The notes: generated from the sequence alone by a model not told the origin. DNA of 61,944 nt from an uncultured Clostridium sp. (GCA_948436025.1 CAOJHH010000003.1:1-61944); one strand, 5' to 3'; numbered from the stretch's first letter, positions 19,101-30,620 are shown. Translations and numbers: made by a program.

Positions 19101-20297
19101 ATGTATGAAGTATTTGCAGATTTACATGTGCATATTGGAAGAAGTAAATCGAATAAACCAATTAAAATTACAGCAGCAAGAAGTTTGAATTTTGAAAATA
19201 TAGCCAAAGAATGTGTGGACCGTAAAGGGATTGGAGTTGTTGGCGTTATTGATTGTGCCTCACCATATGTGATTGAAGATATTGAAGAATTTTTACAAAA
19301 TGGAGAAGCTTACGAAATACCAGATGGAGGAATTGTATATAAAAATAAAGTATGTATTATTTTAGGAAGTGAAATAGAAACCTCGGAAATAAACGACCAA
19401 GGGAAAACGGGAAGTGCTCATAACCTATGCTATTTTCCAACCCTAAAGGACATTAAAGCTTTTTCTAAAGAAATGAGTAACCATATTCATAATATGACAC
19501 TAAGTTCCCAAAGAGCCAATATTTCTGCTTATGAATTAATAGATATTGTAGAAAAATACAATGGAGTTCTCATTCCAGCTCATGCTTTTACACCACACAA
19601 AAGCTTTTATGGAAATTGTACAGACCGTCTTTCTAAGATTTTTAGAGAAAAATTTGATAAAATTTTTGCCATTGAATTAGGTTTAAGTTCTGATACTTTT
19701 TTAGCAGATACCATATCTGAGTTAGAAACAAGGAGCTTTTTAACTAACTCCGATGCACATTCTCTTCCTAAAATCGCCAGAGAATATAATAAAATGCTAG
19801 TAGAGGACATTAGTTTTAAAGAATTTGTAAAAGCCGTAAAAGGTGAAGAAGGAAGAAAAATTGTAGCAAATTATGGGTTAGATCCAAAACTTGGAAAATA
19901 CCATAGAACTTATTGTGAAACTTGTGAAAAAAATGTAGAAGGAATTGCACCAGTAACCACATGTCCTAATTGTGATTCAAGAAATATCACCATGGGTGTT
20001 TTTGACCGTATCGAAATGATAAAAGATAAAACCGAAACCAAAAGTCCTAAAAATAGACCACCATATGTATATCAAGTTCCACTTACCTTTATTCCAGGAT
20101 TAGGAACAAAAACGATTGATAAATTATTAAATCATTTTGAAACGGAAATGAATATTTTGCACAAACTTTCTAAAGATGACTTAGAAGCAGTTACCAATGC
20201 TAAAATTGCAAGCACTATTATGATGGCAAGAGAAGGAAAACTTAGTATACAAGCAGGTGGTGGAGGAGTATATGGTAAAGTAACCACCAAAGAATAG
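19101..20297 (+). CDS. endonuclease Q-like protein (PHP-like N-terminus, zinc finger, HhH)
   Basis: ATG at 19101 after AAGGAGG; DLHVHIGRS; CETCEK..CPNCDS zinc finger; IPGLGTKTIDKLL. Confidence 0.6.
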   Translation: MYEVFADLHVHIGRSKSNKPIKITAARSLNFENIAKECVDRKGIGVVGVIDCASPYVIEDIEEFLQNGEAYEIPDGGIVYKNKVCIILGSEIETSEINDQGKTGSAHNLCYFPTLKDIKAFSKEMSNHIHNMTLSSQRANISAYELIDIVEKYNGVLIPAHAFTPHKSFYGNCTDRLSKIFREKFDKIFAIELGLSSDTFLADTISELETRSFLTNSDAHSLPKIAREYNKMLVEDISFKEFVKAVKGEEGRKIVANYGLDPKLGKYHRTYCETCEKNVEGIAPVTTCPNCDSRNITMGVFDRIEMIKDKTETKSPKNRPPYVYQVPLTFIPGLGTKTIDKLLNHFETEMNILHKLSKDDLEAVTNAKIASTIMMAREGKLSIQAGGGGVYGKVTTKE

Positions 20298-20429
20298 AAA
20301 CAACTAAAAAACAGTTCTAAATCTCATTTTATTACATAGACATTATGTATAAGAAAAACGAACCGAATGGAGATAATCCTTTCTAAAAGAACAACTCTTA
20401 TTACATATAGAAAACTAGGAGGTAATAAC

Positions 20430-21078
20430 TTGAGAAACTTAGGAAAAAAGAGAAGTAGTAGAGCCAAAGAGATTTTATTAACCCATTTAAAAAATAATAT
20501 AAGAGAATATAGTATTGCGACATTATTATTTTTAATTGGGTTAATTTTTGGTATTATTTTTGTAAATAATGCTTCTGAAATGCAAGTACAAGATATAACA
20601 GGGTATTTATCAGAGTTTGTAAATTCATTAAAAAATAATGCCCAAATTGACCAGACTACATTATTAAAAGATTGTTTAATTTCTAATTTTTTATTGGTTC
20701 TTGTTTTGTGGTTTGTTGGTTCTACAGTAATTGGAATACCTATTGTATATGGTATTATTTTATATAGGGGATTTTGCTTAGGTTATACAATTTCTTCTGT
20801 AATTGCAGCACTGGGGGTAGGAAAACGGAATGTTATTTGTGGTAAGTTCTATTTTATTACAAAACATCCTCTTTATTCCATGTATTTTGGCATTAGCGGT
20901 AAGTGGCATGAAATTATATAAAGCAATTATGAAAGATAAAAGAAGAGAAACCATCAGATTAGAGATAACAAGGCATACTATTTTTTCCTGTATTTTACTT
21001 TTGGGGCTTGAACTTGCTGCCTTAGTAGAAGTATACCTTTCGTCAAATTTATTAGAAATTTGTTCAAAATACTTTTAA
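20430..21078 (+). CDS. spoIIM: stage II sporulation protein M, read in two frames
   Basis: TTG at 20430 after AGGAGG. ..LGVGK/GMLFVVSSILLQNILFIPCILALAVSG aligns to B. subtilis SpoIIM MGVDGFLLSFVSVLPQNILLIP. The join needs +1 at CGG 20826-20828. Confidence 0.75.
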
Positions 21079-21204
21079 GAAAAAATATTTTGAGAAATTT
21101 TAAAAAATCTATTTACATTTTTGAAGAATTTTGATATAACAATAAGAGCGTTATGTCAATTGTAAATGACTAACAAAATAAGAGAGTTTAAGGTAGGGAG
21201 TAAA

Positions 21205-22086
21205 ATGGAGAAACAAATTAGCAGTTTTTTAGAGTTTATTAAAGAGGATAAGAAATTATCTGACAACACATTACAATCATATAGAAGGGATATTGTACAA
21301 CTAGAAGAATACATGAATGAAAACAAATTAAATTACCAAAGAGTAACAGAGGAAGATATGAGAAGATACTTTTCTTACCTACAACAAACTGGTAAAAAAA
21401 CATCAACTATTTCAAGAAATGTAGCTTCAATTCGTTCTTTTTATCAATTTTTAGTACGTAATAAAAAAATAAAAAAAGATCCAACAGAAAAAATTCAATC
21501 TCCAAAAGTAGAGAAAAAAGCACCAAGTGTTTTAACCTCTTCTGAAATTGAATTATTATTAGAACAACCAAAAAATATCGATTTAAAAGGAATTCGCGAT
21601 AAAGCTATGCTAGAGTTTGCTTATGCAACTGGAATGAGAGTATCTGAAATTATTTCCTTAAACATAGAAGATGTGAATTTAAAAGATGGATTAGTCAATT
21701 GCAAAACATCTGCAAGACAAAGAAAAATACCATTAGGTTCTCTTTCTTTAAGAGCACTAGCTGATTACATAGAAAATTCAAGACCTATCTTAATTAAAGA
21801 TGAAAGTGTAACAGCACTATTTGTTAATACCAATGGAAAGAGATTAACTCGTCAAGGATTCTGGAAAATTGTAAGATACTATAAAGAGCAAGCACACATT
21901 ACAAAGGATATTACACCACATGTATTAAGACATTCCTTTGCAACACACTTACTACAAAATGGAGCAGATTTAAAATCCATCCAAACCATGCTAGGACATT
22001 CTGATATTTCATCAACACAAGTATATATGCAATTCCAAGACGAGAGTATCAAAAGCATTTATAAAAATGCTCACCCAAGAGCATAG
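21205..22086 (+). CDS. xerD: tyrosine site-specific recombinase XerD/XerC type
   Basis: N-terminal SAM-like domain (LSDNTLQSYRRDI); catalytic RHSFATHLL..GHSDISSTQVY. Confidence 0.85.
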   Translation: MEKQISSFLEFIKEDKKLSDNTLQSYRRDIVQLEEYMNENKLNYQRVTEEDMRRYFSYLQQTGKKTSTISRNVASIRSFYQFLVRNKKIKKDPTEKIQSPKVEKKAPSVLTSSEIELLLEQPKNIDLKGIRDKAMLEFAYATGMRVSEIISLNIEDVNLKDGLVNCKTSARQRKIPLGSLSLRALADYIENSRPILIKDESVTALFVNTNGKRLTRQGFWKIVRYYKEQAHITKDITPHVLRHSFATHLLQNGADLKSIQTMLGHSDISSTQVYMQFQDESIKSIYKNAHPRA

Positions 22087-22223
22087 AGGTCTTGCCTTCG
22101 GCAAAAGTGAATAAGAATGATGAAGAGTAAATTGTAAAGAACGATTTGCTCTTTTTTGGTTCTAGACAAGGTAGTGACAAATGTTTTTTTGTTTGGTATA
22201 ATAGCTTAAGATAAGGAGAAGGT

Positions 22224-22976
22224 ATGTATAAATTTTTTGTTAAAAGTAATCAAATTGAAAATGATATTGTAGCAATTACTAACGAAGATGTAAACCATAT
22301 TAGAAAAGTACTTCGATTAAAAGAAGAAGAGCAAGTACAAGTTTGTAATAAGGATACTTTAAAATCGTATGTTGCAAAGATTGTGAGGTTAGAGAAAGAT
22401 TGTGTAAGGCTTCAGATTTTGGAGGAATGTTTGGAGACGACCGAGAGTGCAATGTTATTAGATATTTTTCAAGGTTTGCCAAAGCAAGAGAAAATGGAGC
22501 AGATTATAAAACAGGCAACAGAGATTGGAGTAAGTGGGATTATACCACTTAAAATGGAACGATGTGTAGTGAAGTTAGAAGATAAAACGGAACAGAAAAA
22601 AGTAGAGCGATGGCAAAAGATTGCTGAAGTAGCTGCAAAACAAAGTAAACGCGATAAAATTCCAAAGGTGGATTTTCCAATTTCTTTGAAAAATGTGTAT
22701 GAAAAATTGCTAGAATATGATATAGTAGTGGTAGCATACGAGGAAGAAAAAGAAACGGCAGTAAAGCATGTATTGCAAGCAATAGACCATGAGACAACGA
22801 AGAAAATAGCAGTGGTGGTTGGACCCGAGGGGGGAATTGCTTTAGAGGAAGTGGAGTTTTTAAGAAAGCTTCCTAATGTGAAAGTAGTTACTCTTGGTAA
22901 ACGAATTTTAAGAACAGAAACAGCACCACTGGTGCTTGCAAGCGTTATTATGTATGAATTTAACGAAATGTGCTAA
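22224..22976 (+). CDS. rsmE: 16S rRNA (uracil1498-N3)-methyltransferase
   Basis: 250 aa; VVGPEGG and LGKRILRTETA motifs of the RsmE SPOUT family. Confidence 0.85.
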   Translation: MYKFFVKSNQIENDIVAITNEDVNHIRKVLRLKEEEQVQVCNKDTLKSYVAKIVRLEKDCVRLQILEECLETTESAMLLDIFQGLPKQEKMEQIIKQATEIGVSGIIPLKMERCVVKLEDKTEQKKVERWQKIAEVAAKQSKRDKIPKVDFPISLKNVYEKLLEYDIVVVAYEEEKETAVKHVLQAIDHETTKKIAVVVGPEGGIALEEVEFLRKLPNVKVVTLGKRILRTETAPLVLASVIMYEFNEMC

Positions 22977-23043
22977 AATTAGAAATTAGTTAATGCGATG
23001 GTAAGAAGAATTGAAAGAAATAAAAAAATTTTCATAACGATGT

Positions 23044-23652
23044 GTGACTATAGAACAATGTAAGAAAGTTATGAATTTTAGGATGAAAATTCATAACGAT
23101 GTGGTGTTAGAACAAAGTGAGAAAGGAATGAGACTGTGTATGAAAGATAAAAAAGAAGAGATTGAACAGTTAGAGCAAAATGTAAAAAGATTTGAAAATG
23201 ATCGAAAGGATAAAAAGGTTTTGCCAAAAGAAGAGGAAGGTAAAATCCATAAAAAAGTATTTGAAAGCATCCTATTAGCCGATATTGTAATGGCATTTTT
23301 GTATTGCATTAGTTTAGGTTCTTTTAATATTGAAACACCAATTTTCCTTATGGATTTGAAGGTATTTAGCTTAAGCCTAATTGTAATTACCATTCTTCTT
23401 TTTGAAACAAGCTATCGTAAAGAAAATGGGAAATTAGCCATTCATGGAATAGAATGTTTGGTATTATCTATTTTTATGCTATTTACCAGCTGTATTTACA
23501 CAATACATATGAAAGAATTCCACATGTATGTAGCTATTGCATCATATATATTTGCGATTTATTATGTAGGAAAATCTATTATTGTTTACCACAAAATGAA
23601 AAAACAGTACATAGCAAGCCTTAGTGATATAGAAGAAATTATAAAGAAATGA
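23044..23652 (+). CDS. membrane protein, hypothetical (start uncertain)
   Basis: Charged N-terminus followed by 3-4 TM helices; a direct repeat covers its 5' end. Confidence 0.45.
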   Translation: MTIEQCKKVMNFRMKIHNDVVLEQSEKGMRLCMKDKKEEIEQLEQNVKRFENDRKDKKVLPKEEEGKIHKKVFESILLADIVMAFLYCISLGSFNIETPIFLMDLKVFSLSLIVITILLFETSYRKENGKLAIHGIECLVLSIFMLFTSCIYTIHMKEFHMYVAIASYIFAIYYVGKSIIVYHKMKKQYIASLSDIEEIIKK

Positions 23653-23661
23653 GGAACAAAC

Positions 23662-24535
23662 ATGAAAAGTATGACAGGATTTGGGAGAGCCAATTTTGAA
23701 AATGATGGAAGAATGTATAATATTGAAATAAAATCCGTTAACCATCGATACTTAGACATTAGTGTGAAAATGCCAAGAAGCATTAGTTATTTGGAGGAAA
23801 AAATCAAAAAAGCGATTTCAGGTAATATTTCAAGAGGAAAAATTGATGTTTTTATTACCTTTGATAACAACAGTGCCATAGGCAAGAACATAAAAATTAA
23901 CAAAGAACTTGCAGGAATTTACATTAAGGAACTAAAAGAATTGGCAAAAGAACATCAGATAAATGCAGATATTCCAGTAACAGAAATTTCAAAATTTCCA
24001 GATGTATTGGTTATTCAAAATATAGAAGAAGAGGATACCATATGGAAAGAAGTAGAAGCGTGCCTTCAAACTGCTTTAAACAATTTTATTAATATGCGTG
24101 CACAGGAAGGAAACAAGATAAAAGAAGATTTACAAGTAAGATTAAAAGATATGGAAGAAAAAGTTTTTCAAATTTCTGGTTTTTCCACTGGACTTGTGGA
24201 CGATTATGTAGTAAAATTAGAAACAAGAATTAAGGAAATTCTAAAAACGGATGTTGTAGACAAAGAACGTTTAAACCAAGAAATTGTTATTTATGCAGAC
24301 AAATGCTCCATAGAAGAAGAATTAACCAGACTAAACAGTCATATTTTACAATTTCAAAATATGCTAAAAGAAACCATACCAATTGGAAAGAAAATTGATT
24401 TTTTAATTCAAGAAATGAACCGAGAAACCAATACCATTGGTTCAAAATCACGGCAGTTTAGAAATTACCAATTTAGTTATTGAAATAAAAACGATATTAG
24501 AGGACATTCGTGAGCAAATTCAAAATATTGAATAA
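23662..24535 (+). CDS. yicC: YicC/YloC-family endoribonuclease, read in two frames
   Basis: MKSMTGFG start. The conserved C-terminus ..LEITNLVIEIKTILEDIREQIQNIE lies in the +1 frame after CGG 24451-24453. Confidence 0.8.
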
Positions 24536-24547
24536 AGGAGAAAAAGA

Positions 24548-24805
24548 ATGCAATTAATTAATATTGGATTTGGAAACATTGTTTCCGCAAATCGTATTGT
24601 TGCAATTGTAAGCCCAGAATCGGCACCAATCAAAAGAATGGTGCAAGAAGCAAAAGATAATAAAACAGCAGTGGATGCTACCTATGGAAGACGAACAAGA
24701 GCTGTTATTATTATGGATTCTGGTCATATTATTTTATCTGCGGTTCAACCAGAAACCGTAGCAGGACGATTAGATAAAGAAGACAAAGAAGAAGTAGATG
24801 AATAA
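24548..24805 (+). CDS. remA: RemA/YlzA (DUF370) regulator
   Basis: [30 protein letters not shown], typical RemA, in the conserved position after yicC. Confidence 0.88.
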   Translation: MQLINIGFGNIVSANRIVAIVSPESAPIKRMVQEAKDNKTAVDATYGRRTRAVIIMDSGHIILSAVQPETVAGRLDKEDKEEVDE

Positions 24806-24825
24806 AGAAAAGGGGTAGATGAAAA

Positions 24826-25023
24826 ATGATGGTAAGACCAAGTGTTACTGAATTATTAACAAAAGTAAATAATCGATTTGAATTAGTGGTTATGACAGCG
24901 AAACGTGCTAGACAATTATCTAAAGGAGATAAACCATTAACAAACAAACAAGAGGAATCAACCGTAACATTAGCAGCAGATGAGATTGCAGAAGGACAAG
25001 TAACAATTGTTGAAGAAGAATAG
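24826..25023 (+). CDS. rpoZ: DNA-directed RNA polymerase subunit omega
   Basis: PSVTELL..NRFELVVMTAKRARQL. Confidence 0.88.
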   Translation: MMVRPSVTELLTKVNNRFELVVMTAKRARQLSKGDKPLTNKQEESTVTLAADEIAEGQVTIVEEE

Positions 25024-25040
25024 GAAAAAGGTGTTGAAAA

Positions 25041-25613
25041 ATGTTAGTAATATTATCGGGAGTTTCAGGAGCAGGAAAAGATACCATAAAAAAAGAATTA
25101 ATAAAAAGAATGAAAGATGTAATTTCTCTTCCTTCATATACTTCAAGGCAACCAAGACCAGGAGAGGAAGATGGAGACTCTTATCATTTTATTAGTAGAG
25201 AAGAATTTGAGCAAAAAATAAAAGAAAATGAGTTTTATGAGTATGATTTACATCATAATCAGTACTATGGAACTTCAAGAAAGTTATTAAATGAAAAAAT
25301 TCAGAGCAAAAAAATCATTGTAAAAGATATTGAAGTCAATGGAACAGAAAATTTGGTATATCTTTTGAAAGAGGATACAAAAATTATTACTATTTTTCTA
25401 AAAGTAAGCGAAGAAGAATTACGTAATCGCTTAAAAAATAGAGAAGATAATTTATCTAATGAAGAAATTGATTTACGAATTGGCAGGTTAAAATATGAAG
25501 AGTCTAAGATTAAGAATTATGATTATATGATAAAAAATGATAATTTTGAAAAAACAGTATCGATTATTGAAAATATTATAAAAGAAGAAAATAAATTAAT
25601 AAAAGATGGGTGA
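25041..25613 (+). CDS. gmk: guanylate kinase
   Basis: LSGVSGAGKDT P-loop, SYTSRQPRPGEEDG, YYGTS. Confidence 0.82.
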   Translation: MLVILSGVSGAGKDTIKKELIKRMKDVISLPSYTSRQPRPGEEDGDSYHFISREEFEQKIKENEFYEYDLHHNQYYGTSRKLLNEKIQSKKIIVKDIEVNGTENLVYLLKEDTKIITIFLKVSEEELRNRLKNREDNLSNEEIDLRIGRLKYEESKIKNYDYMIKNDNFEKTVSIIENIIKEENKLIKDG

Positions 25614-25617
25614 TGCT

Positions 25618-26188
25618 ATGAATAAAACCAAACGAAAAATATTTGAAACTTCGATGAAATTGTTTGCGAAAAAAGGATATGATGCAACAAGCATTGAAGA
25701 AATAACAGCAACGGTTGGAGTGGCAAAAGGAACATTATATTATCATTTTTCTAGTAAAGAAGAAATTTTTAATTTCTTAGTTGAAGAAGGAATGAAATTA
25801 TTAAAAAATAGTATTGATATTAAAATTTCAAAATCAGATAGTGCAATTGATAAACTAAGGGCAGTCATTTTAATACAAATTAAAATTATTACGAAATACG
25901 AAGATTTTATGACCATTGTTCTTAGCCAAATTTGGGGATATGAGCCACGAAATATTATGTGTAAAAACAAGGTAATTGAATACATTAAAACAGTAGAGGA
26001 TATTATAGCAGAAGGCATGAAACAAGGCGAAATTGTAGAAGGGGATCCAGGAATTATTGCGTCACGGAATTTTTGGTTTAACCTGCGCTAGTTTGGTTTA
26101 TAAAATGAAAACCAACGAAAAAATCGATATTGTAAAGTTATATAAGGAATTTGACAATTCGATTTTAAAAGGATTTGTAAAAAATTAA
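25618..26188 (+). CDS. TetR/AcrR-family transcriptional regulator, read in two frames
   Basis: HTH ATSIEEITATVGVAKGTLYYHF. The C-terminus continues in +1 (..IIAS/GIFGLTCASLVYKM..) after CGG 26065-26067 and stops at 26186-26188. Confidence 0.7.
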
Positions 26189-26347
26189 AAAAATTCAAAA
26201 ATATTGTTGACTTTTGTATAATAGTTGTAATAAAATTGAAATGAAAATAAAATCAAAAAAATTATAAAATCCTATTGTAGTTTTTTAAGAGAAGTTGTAT
26301 AATTTAAAAGATAGAATAATACGTAGGACAAAGGAGGGAGGTTTACA

Positions 26348-27271
26348 ATGTCAAAAAGCGGCATAGTAAACGTAAGAATGGTAATTACGCAAGAAAAAAT
26401 CTTATCAAACATAGATAAGGTACAAAAAATGATTAATCCAAATAGTAAGAAGCAAATCGTACAATTAGATGAGGATTCTTATTTTAAAGATTTAATTGAA
26501 TCGATTAAAACATATTTAATTGAATATCCAAAAAAGAAGAATTTTCCAAAAGAAGTGTATAGAGCAGCATACGGATTAGTGGAATATGCAACCAATCAAT
26601 TTGAAGAAAACACAAAACAAATTGAAGAATTGATTCGTCAAAGAGAAAAGAATATTATCCTTTCCAATGATTTAAAAGATTTATTGGCTGTAGTAGAAAA
26701 TAAAGAAGAAGATTGGAAAAATGTTGTAAAAGAAGCCAAAACAAAATTTGGGGAAGATATAACCGATACCTTAACCGTTATTGGTAGAAGTAAAGTACAA
26801 ACTTCTCAAAACTATGAAGATGCAGTAAAGCTAATTCAAGCAAGAATTAACAACTTAGAATCAAACCTACATATTGAAATCGATATGGAAAGAATAGAAG
26901 ACCGTTCAAAAGCATTAAGCTATATTGGAATAGAAGTGGCAGATGCCTTAAAAGTAATTCCAGCACCAGTAGATAATGAGGTAACTGAAAACGTAGTACA
27001 AGAGGCTACTGTAGCAGAAACAGCAAAAGTAGAAGAACCAGTGGTAACCTTTAAAGAAGGAACAGGGGTAGAAAACATTAACACAGTACAAGAGCAAGTA
27101 GAACAAGAACAAGCTACTTATCTTGAAGAAACACAAGTAGAAGTAAAACCAACCTTATGGCAAAAAATTAAAAATAGTAAATTTGCAAAAGCAATTGGCT
27201 ATATCTTTAGATTAAACACCATGAACGAAACACAAGCACTTCCAGAAGGAAGAGGAGAAAATGTAAATTAG
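26348..27271 (+). CDS. hypothetical protein (307 aa, acidic C-terminal half)
   Basis: RBS GGAGGGAGG; extended -10 TGTATAAT at 26296-26303 upstream. Confidence 0.5.
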   Translation: MSKSGIVNVRMVITQEKILSNIDKVQKMINPNSKKQIVQLDEDSYFKDLIESIKTYLIEYPKKKNFPKEVYRAAYGLVEYATNQFEENTKQIEELIRQREKNIILSNDLKDLLAVVENKEEDWKNVVKEAKTKFGEDITDTLTVIGRSKVQTSQNYEDAVKLIQARINNLESNLHIEIDMERIEDRSKALSYIGIEVADALKVIPAPVDNEVTENVVQEATVAETAKVEEPVVTFKEGTGVENINTVQEQVEQEQATYLEETQVEVKPTLWQKIKNSKFAKAIGYIFRLNTMNETQALPEGRGENVN

Positions 27272-27436
27272 TAGGAAGGAAGAAATATGAAAATATTTCT
27301 TCTTTTTTGTTGAAAAAAGAGAAGTAATTTGATATAGTAAGGAAAGAAAAAAATTAAGGGAACAAAAGTAGAAAAGTTTTGATAATAACGCTTTTAAAGT
27401 AGATTTTGTTCCTTTTAGGAAAGGAAGGTAAAAGAA

Positions 27437-28105
27437 ATGAGAATTGTAGAACCATGGGTAAAAGTAGAGAAATTTGATGGAAAAGAAATAATGAGAAGAA
27501 TTGAAAGAGCATGTCGCACATGTTACCGTTCAGAAGATAAAATAACAGAGGATAGTTATAAAAATTTATTAAAAAATTGCCTTAACCGTGGACATGAATC
27601 TGTTTTAGAACACGAAAAAGTAACGGTTCGAATTTATAGCGATATTGGCTCTTATAAAGATTTAACAAGACATCGTTTTGCCAGTTTTTCCGTAGAATCA
27701 ACAAGATATTGTAGTTATAATAAAGATAAATACGGAAATGAAGTTTCCTTTATGAATCCAGTTTATATAGAAGATAAAGAAATGTATGAGGTATGGAAAG
27801 AAACTATGCAAGCAGCAGAAAATGGATACATCAAAATGAAAGAATTAGGCGCTACTACCGATATGTGTAGAAATCTATTACCACATTCCACAGCAGCGGA
27901 ATATACCATGAGTGCCAATATTCGCGAATGGAAGCATATTTTCTCTTTAAGAGCTAACAATCATGTACATCCAGCCATTCGTCAAGTTATGATACCACTA
28001 CTAAAATATTTCAAAGAGCAAATGCCAGAAATATTTGAAGATATTCCATATGATGAAGAATTTAATAAAGATTATTATGCAAAATTAATGGTAGAAGATT
28101 TTTAG
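27437..28105 (+). CDS. thyX: FAD-dependent thymidylate synthase
   Basis: ThyX signature RHRFASFSVESTRY. Confidence 0.9.
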   Translation: MRIVEPWVKVEKFDGKEIMRRIERACRTCYRSEDKITEDSYKNLLKNCLNRGHESVLEHEKVTVRIYSDIGSYKDLTRHRFASFSVESTRYCSYNKDKYGNEVSFMNPVYIEDKEMYEVWKETMQAAENGYIKMKELGATTDMCRNLLPHSTAAEYTMSANIREWKHIFSLRANNHVHPAIRQVMIPLLKYFKEQMPEIFEDIPYDEEFNKDYYAKLMVEDF

Positions 28106-28122
28106 GTAAGGAGTAACAAGGA

Positions 28123-29016
28123 ATGATTGATTTACATATTCATACGAAACATTCCGATGGAGATTGTACAGTAACCCAAATATTACAAAAAGCACAAAAC
28201 GAAAAATTAGATGCCATTTCAATTACAGACCACAATCAAATTAGTGCATATGATGAATTGGACACCATTTTTGTAGAGGACTATTATAAGGGAAAAATTA
28301 TTGTTGGAACAGAATTAAAATGTGTTTATAACCACATGCCAGTTGAAATTCTAGCATATGGTTTTAATCGCAATAAAATGCAAGAGTCAGGTTGTATTAC
28401 AACTCCTCAGAAATTTTATGAAATACAGTCAAAATATTTAGTACATATTAAGGAACAAGGAAGAAAAATAGGATTATTTTTTAATCCAGATGTGCAAATT
28501 GTAAAAGGAGAATTAGCATATGCTGCTGCTACCTTTGAAAGAGAATTATGGAAAGATAAAAGGAATATACAAATTCTTGCAAATAATGGAATTGATATGA
28601 ATATGCCATTTTATAGGGAATCACAAAGTAATAAAAATTCGATATTTTATATTGATGAAACTCAAGATTATCCTGAAATGCAAGAGGTGATCGATGAAAT
28701 TCATAAAGCAAAAGGATTAGCATTTTTGGCACATTTATATGAATATCCTCTAAAAAACCATGAAGAAACTATTATGAACATTGTAAAAGAACATAATCTA
28801 GATGGTATTGAATGTTGTCATTCTAATTTTACAAAGGCACAAAGTAAATATTTAATGGATTTTTGTAAAAAGGAAAACTTATATATGTCTGGTGGTAGTG
28901 ATTATCATGGAAAGGCAAAACCTAAAGTAAAATTTGCAAGAGCAGTGGAAGATAAACCAATTAAGACAGAAATCATACAAAATTGGTGTGATAGCATAGA
29001 ATATTATACGAAATAG
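28123..29016 (+). CDS. PHP-domain metal-dependent phosphoesterase
   Basis: IDLHIHTKHSDG N-terminal PHP motif; SGGSDYHG near the C-terminus. Confidence 0.75.
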   Translation: MIDLHIHTKHSDGDCTVTQILQKAQNEKLDAISITDHNQISAYDELDTIFVEDYYKGKIIVGTELKCVYNHMPVEILAYGFNRNKMQESGCITTPQKFYEIQSKYLVHIKEQGRKIGLFFNPDVQIVKGELAYAAATFERELWKDKRNIQILANNGIDMNMPFYRESQSNKNSIFYIDETQDYPEMQEVIDEIHKAKGLAFLAHLYEYPLKNHEETIMNIVKEHNLDGIECCHSNFTKAQSKYLMDFCKKENLYMSGGSDYHGKAKPKVKFARAVEDKPIKTEIIQNWCDSIEYYTK

Positions 29017-29109
29017 AAGAACAAGAAAAAGGGTAAGACAAGCCTTTTTCTTGTTCTTTTTCATATACCATAAAATCTAACATATAATAAAGAAAACAGT
29101 AGTTAGGCG

Positions 29110-30060
29110 GTGGAGAATATTCATACAATCTATGTAAAAGAATTAAGTAATATAAGTGAGATTTTTAGGGAAGATAGTAAATTACCAGTTTGGTTAAAAC
29201 AGGTTGTTTTAGCCATAAAAAAGATATTTTGTGTAGTCACAATAAAGGAAAATGGTGTATGTGTCTTACCATACCGAGAGGTAAAACATTTTACAAAAAT
29301 AAAATTGAGCTTATTACAAAAAGTGTTTGTTCGAATTGATTTACCAATTGTCTTATCGAAATATTTAGATGGTGTACAGGAAGTAAAAGAAATGTTAGCT
29401 TCTTCCAAATTATCCTTCATAAAAGGAGAGAAAATTGCAAATTATCTTTTGCTAGAAGTGTTGGAATATATTGCCAAGATGATAGGCGGGGAAGTACAAA
29501 AACAAGAAATTACGATATTAGTAGAAAAGAAAACAATTGAAATAGAAAAAGTAATACTAGAACTTGCTACCAAAGTAAAAAGAATACAAATTGTAACACC
29601 AAACTTAAACCAGTTTGATAGGCTTGAAAATGAGTTAGAAACAAAATTTGGCATTGCCTGTACCATTAACAATAACAAACGAAAAAGCTTGGCAAAATCA
29701 AAAATAATTATCAATCTAAACGCATCCGAAAGCTATATCAATCAATTCAATTTAAACCCATATGCAATTATTATTGATATGAAGCAAAAAATAAAAATCT
29801 ACACAAAAACCTTTTGTGGTATTCACATATATGATTATCAAATGAAAGTAGATACTATAAATTTAGAGGAAAATGTATTTGAAGTAAAAAAACAATACGA
29901 AGCAAAACTCGTAGGAAATTCCTATGAAACCATACGAAAACACATAGAAAAAGAAAATGCAAGAATTATCAATCTAATTGGGCAAAAGGGGATTATTTGT
30001 AGGGAAGAATATAGAAGAATTTCGCAAAAAACTCTTGACAAAAGTTTGGAATTATCTTAA
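29110..30060 (+). CDS. hypothetical protein (316 aa)
   Basis: GTG start; no recognised motif. Confidence 0.4.
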   Translation: MENIHTIYVKELSNISEIFREDSKLPVWLKQVVLAIKKIFCVVTIKENGVCVLPYREVKHFTKIKLSLLQKVFVRIDLPIVLSKYLDGVQEVKEMLASSKLSFIKGEKIANYLLLEVLEYIAKMIGGEVQKQEITILVEKKTIEIEKVILELATKVKRIQIVTPNLNQFDRLENELETKFGIACTINNNKRKSLAKSKIIINLNASESYINQFNLNPYAIIIDMKQKIKIYTKTFCGIHIYDYQMKVDTINLEENVFEVKKQYEAKLVGNSYETIRKHIEKENARIINLIGQKGIICREEYRRISQKTLDKSLELS

Positions 30061-30097
30061 GATAGTGTCAATGTAAAAAAGAGAGGAGACTTGTTAC

Positions 30098-30574
30098 ATG
30101 GAAGAAAAAGAAGTGTTATTAACCCAAGAGGGATATGATAATTTAGAAAAAGAAGTAGAATATTTAAGAACGGAGAAAAGAGCAGAAATTGCAGAACGTA
30201 TTAAGGTTGCTCTAGGATTTGGAGATTTATCGGAAAATTCGGAATATGATGAGGCAAAAAATGCACAAGCTGAAAATGAAATTAAAATTGCAAATTTGGA
30301 AGCAAAGTTGCGTTATGCTAAAATTATTGATGAATCTGAAATTGATACTAAAACGGTTCAAGTAGGAAATACGGTTAGAGTAAAAGATTTAGAGTTTGAT
30401 GAGGAAGAAGAATATACAATTGTTGGTTCTACGGAAGTAGATTTAACACAAAATAAAATTTCAAATGAATCTCCAATTGGTGCAGGCTTACTAGGAGCAA
30501 AAAAAGGAGCAGAAGTTGAAATAAAGGTACCAGCTGGAGTTGTAAAATATAAAATTTTATCGATTAAAAAATAG
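30098..30574 (+). CDS. greA: transcription elongation factor GreA
   Basis: [29 protein letters not shown]. Confidence 0.93.
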   Translation: MEEKEVLLTQEGYDNLEKEVEYLRTEKRAEIAERIKVALGFGDLSENSEYDEAKNAQAENEIKIANLEAKLRYAKIIDESEIDTKTVQVGNTVRVKDLEFDEEEEYTIVGSTEVDLTQNKISNESPIGAGLLGAKKGAEVEIKVPAGVVKYKILSIKK

Positions 30575-30579
30575 AAAAA

Positions 30580-30611
30580 ATAGATGTTGTAATTTGCAAC
30601 ATCTATTTTTT
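30580..30611 (+). terminator. rho-independent terminator of greA
   Basis: ATAGATGTTG / CAACATCTAT 10-bp stem followed by TTTTT. Confidence 0.8.
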
Positions 30612-30620
30612 CAAAAACTA

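Noticed and set aside
24826-25613. Gene order rpoZ before gmk (the usual order is gmk-rpoZ) as a sign of rearrangement
   Set aside because: Both genes are intact and co-oriented within the conserved yicC-remA cluster. This is probably lineage-specific synteny and not informative alone.
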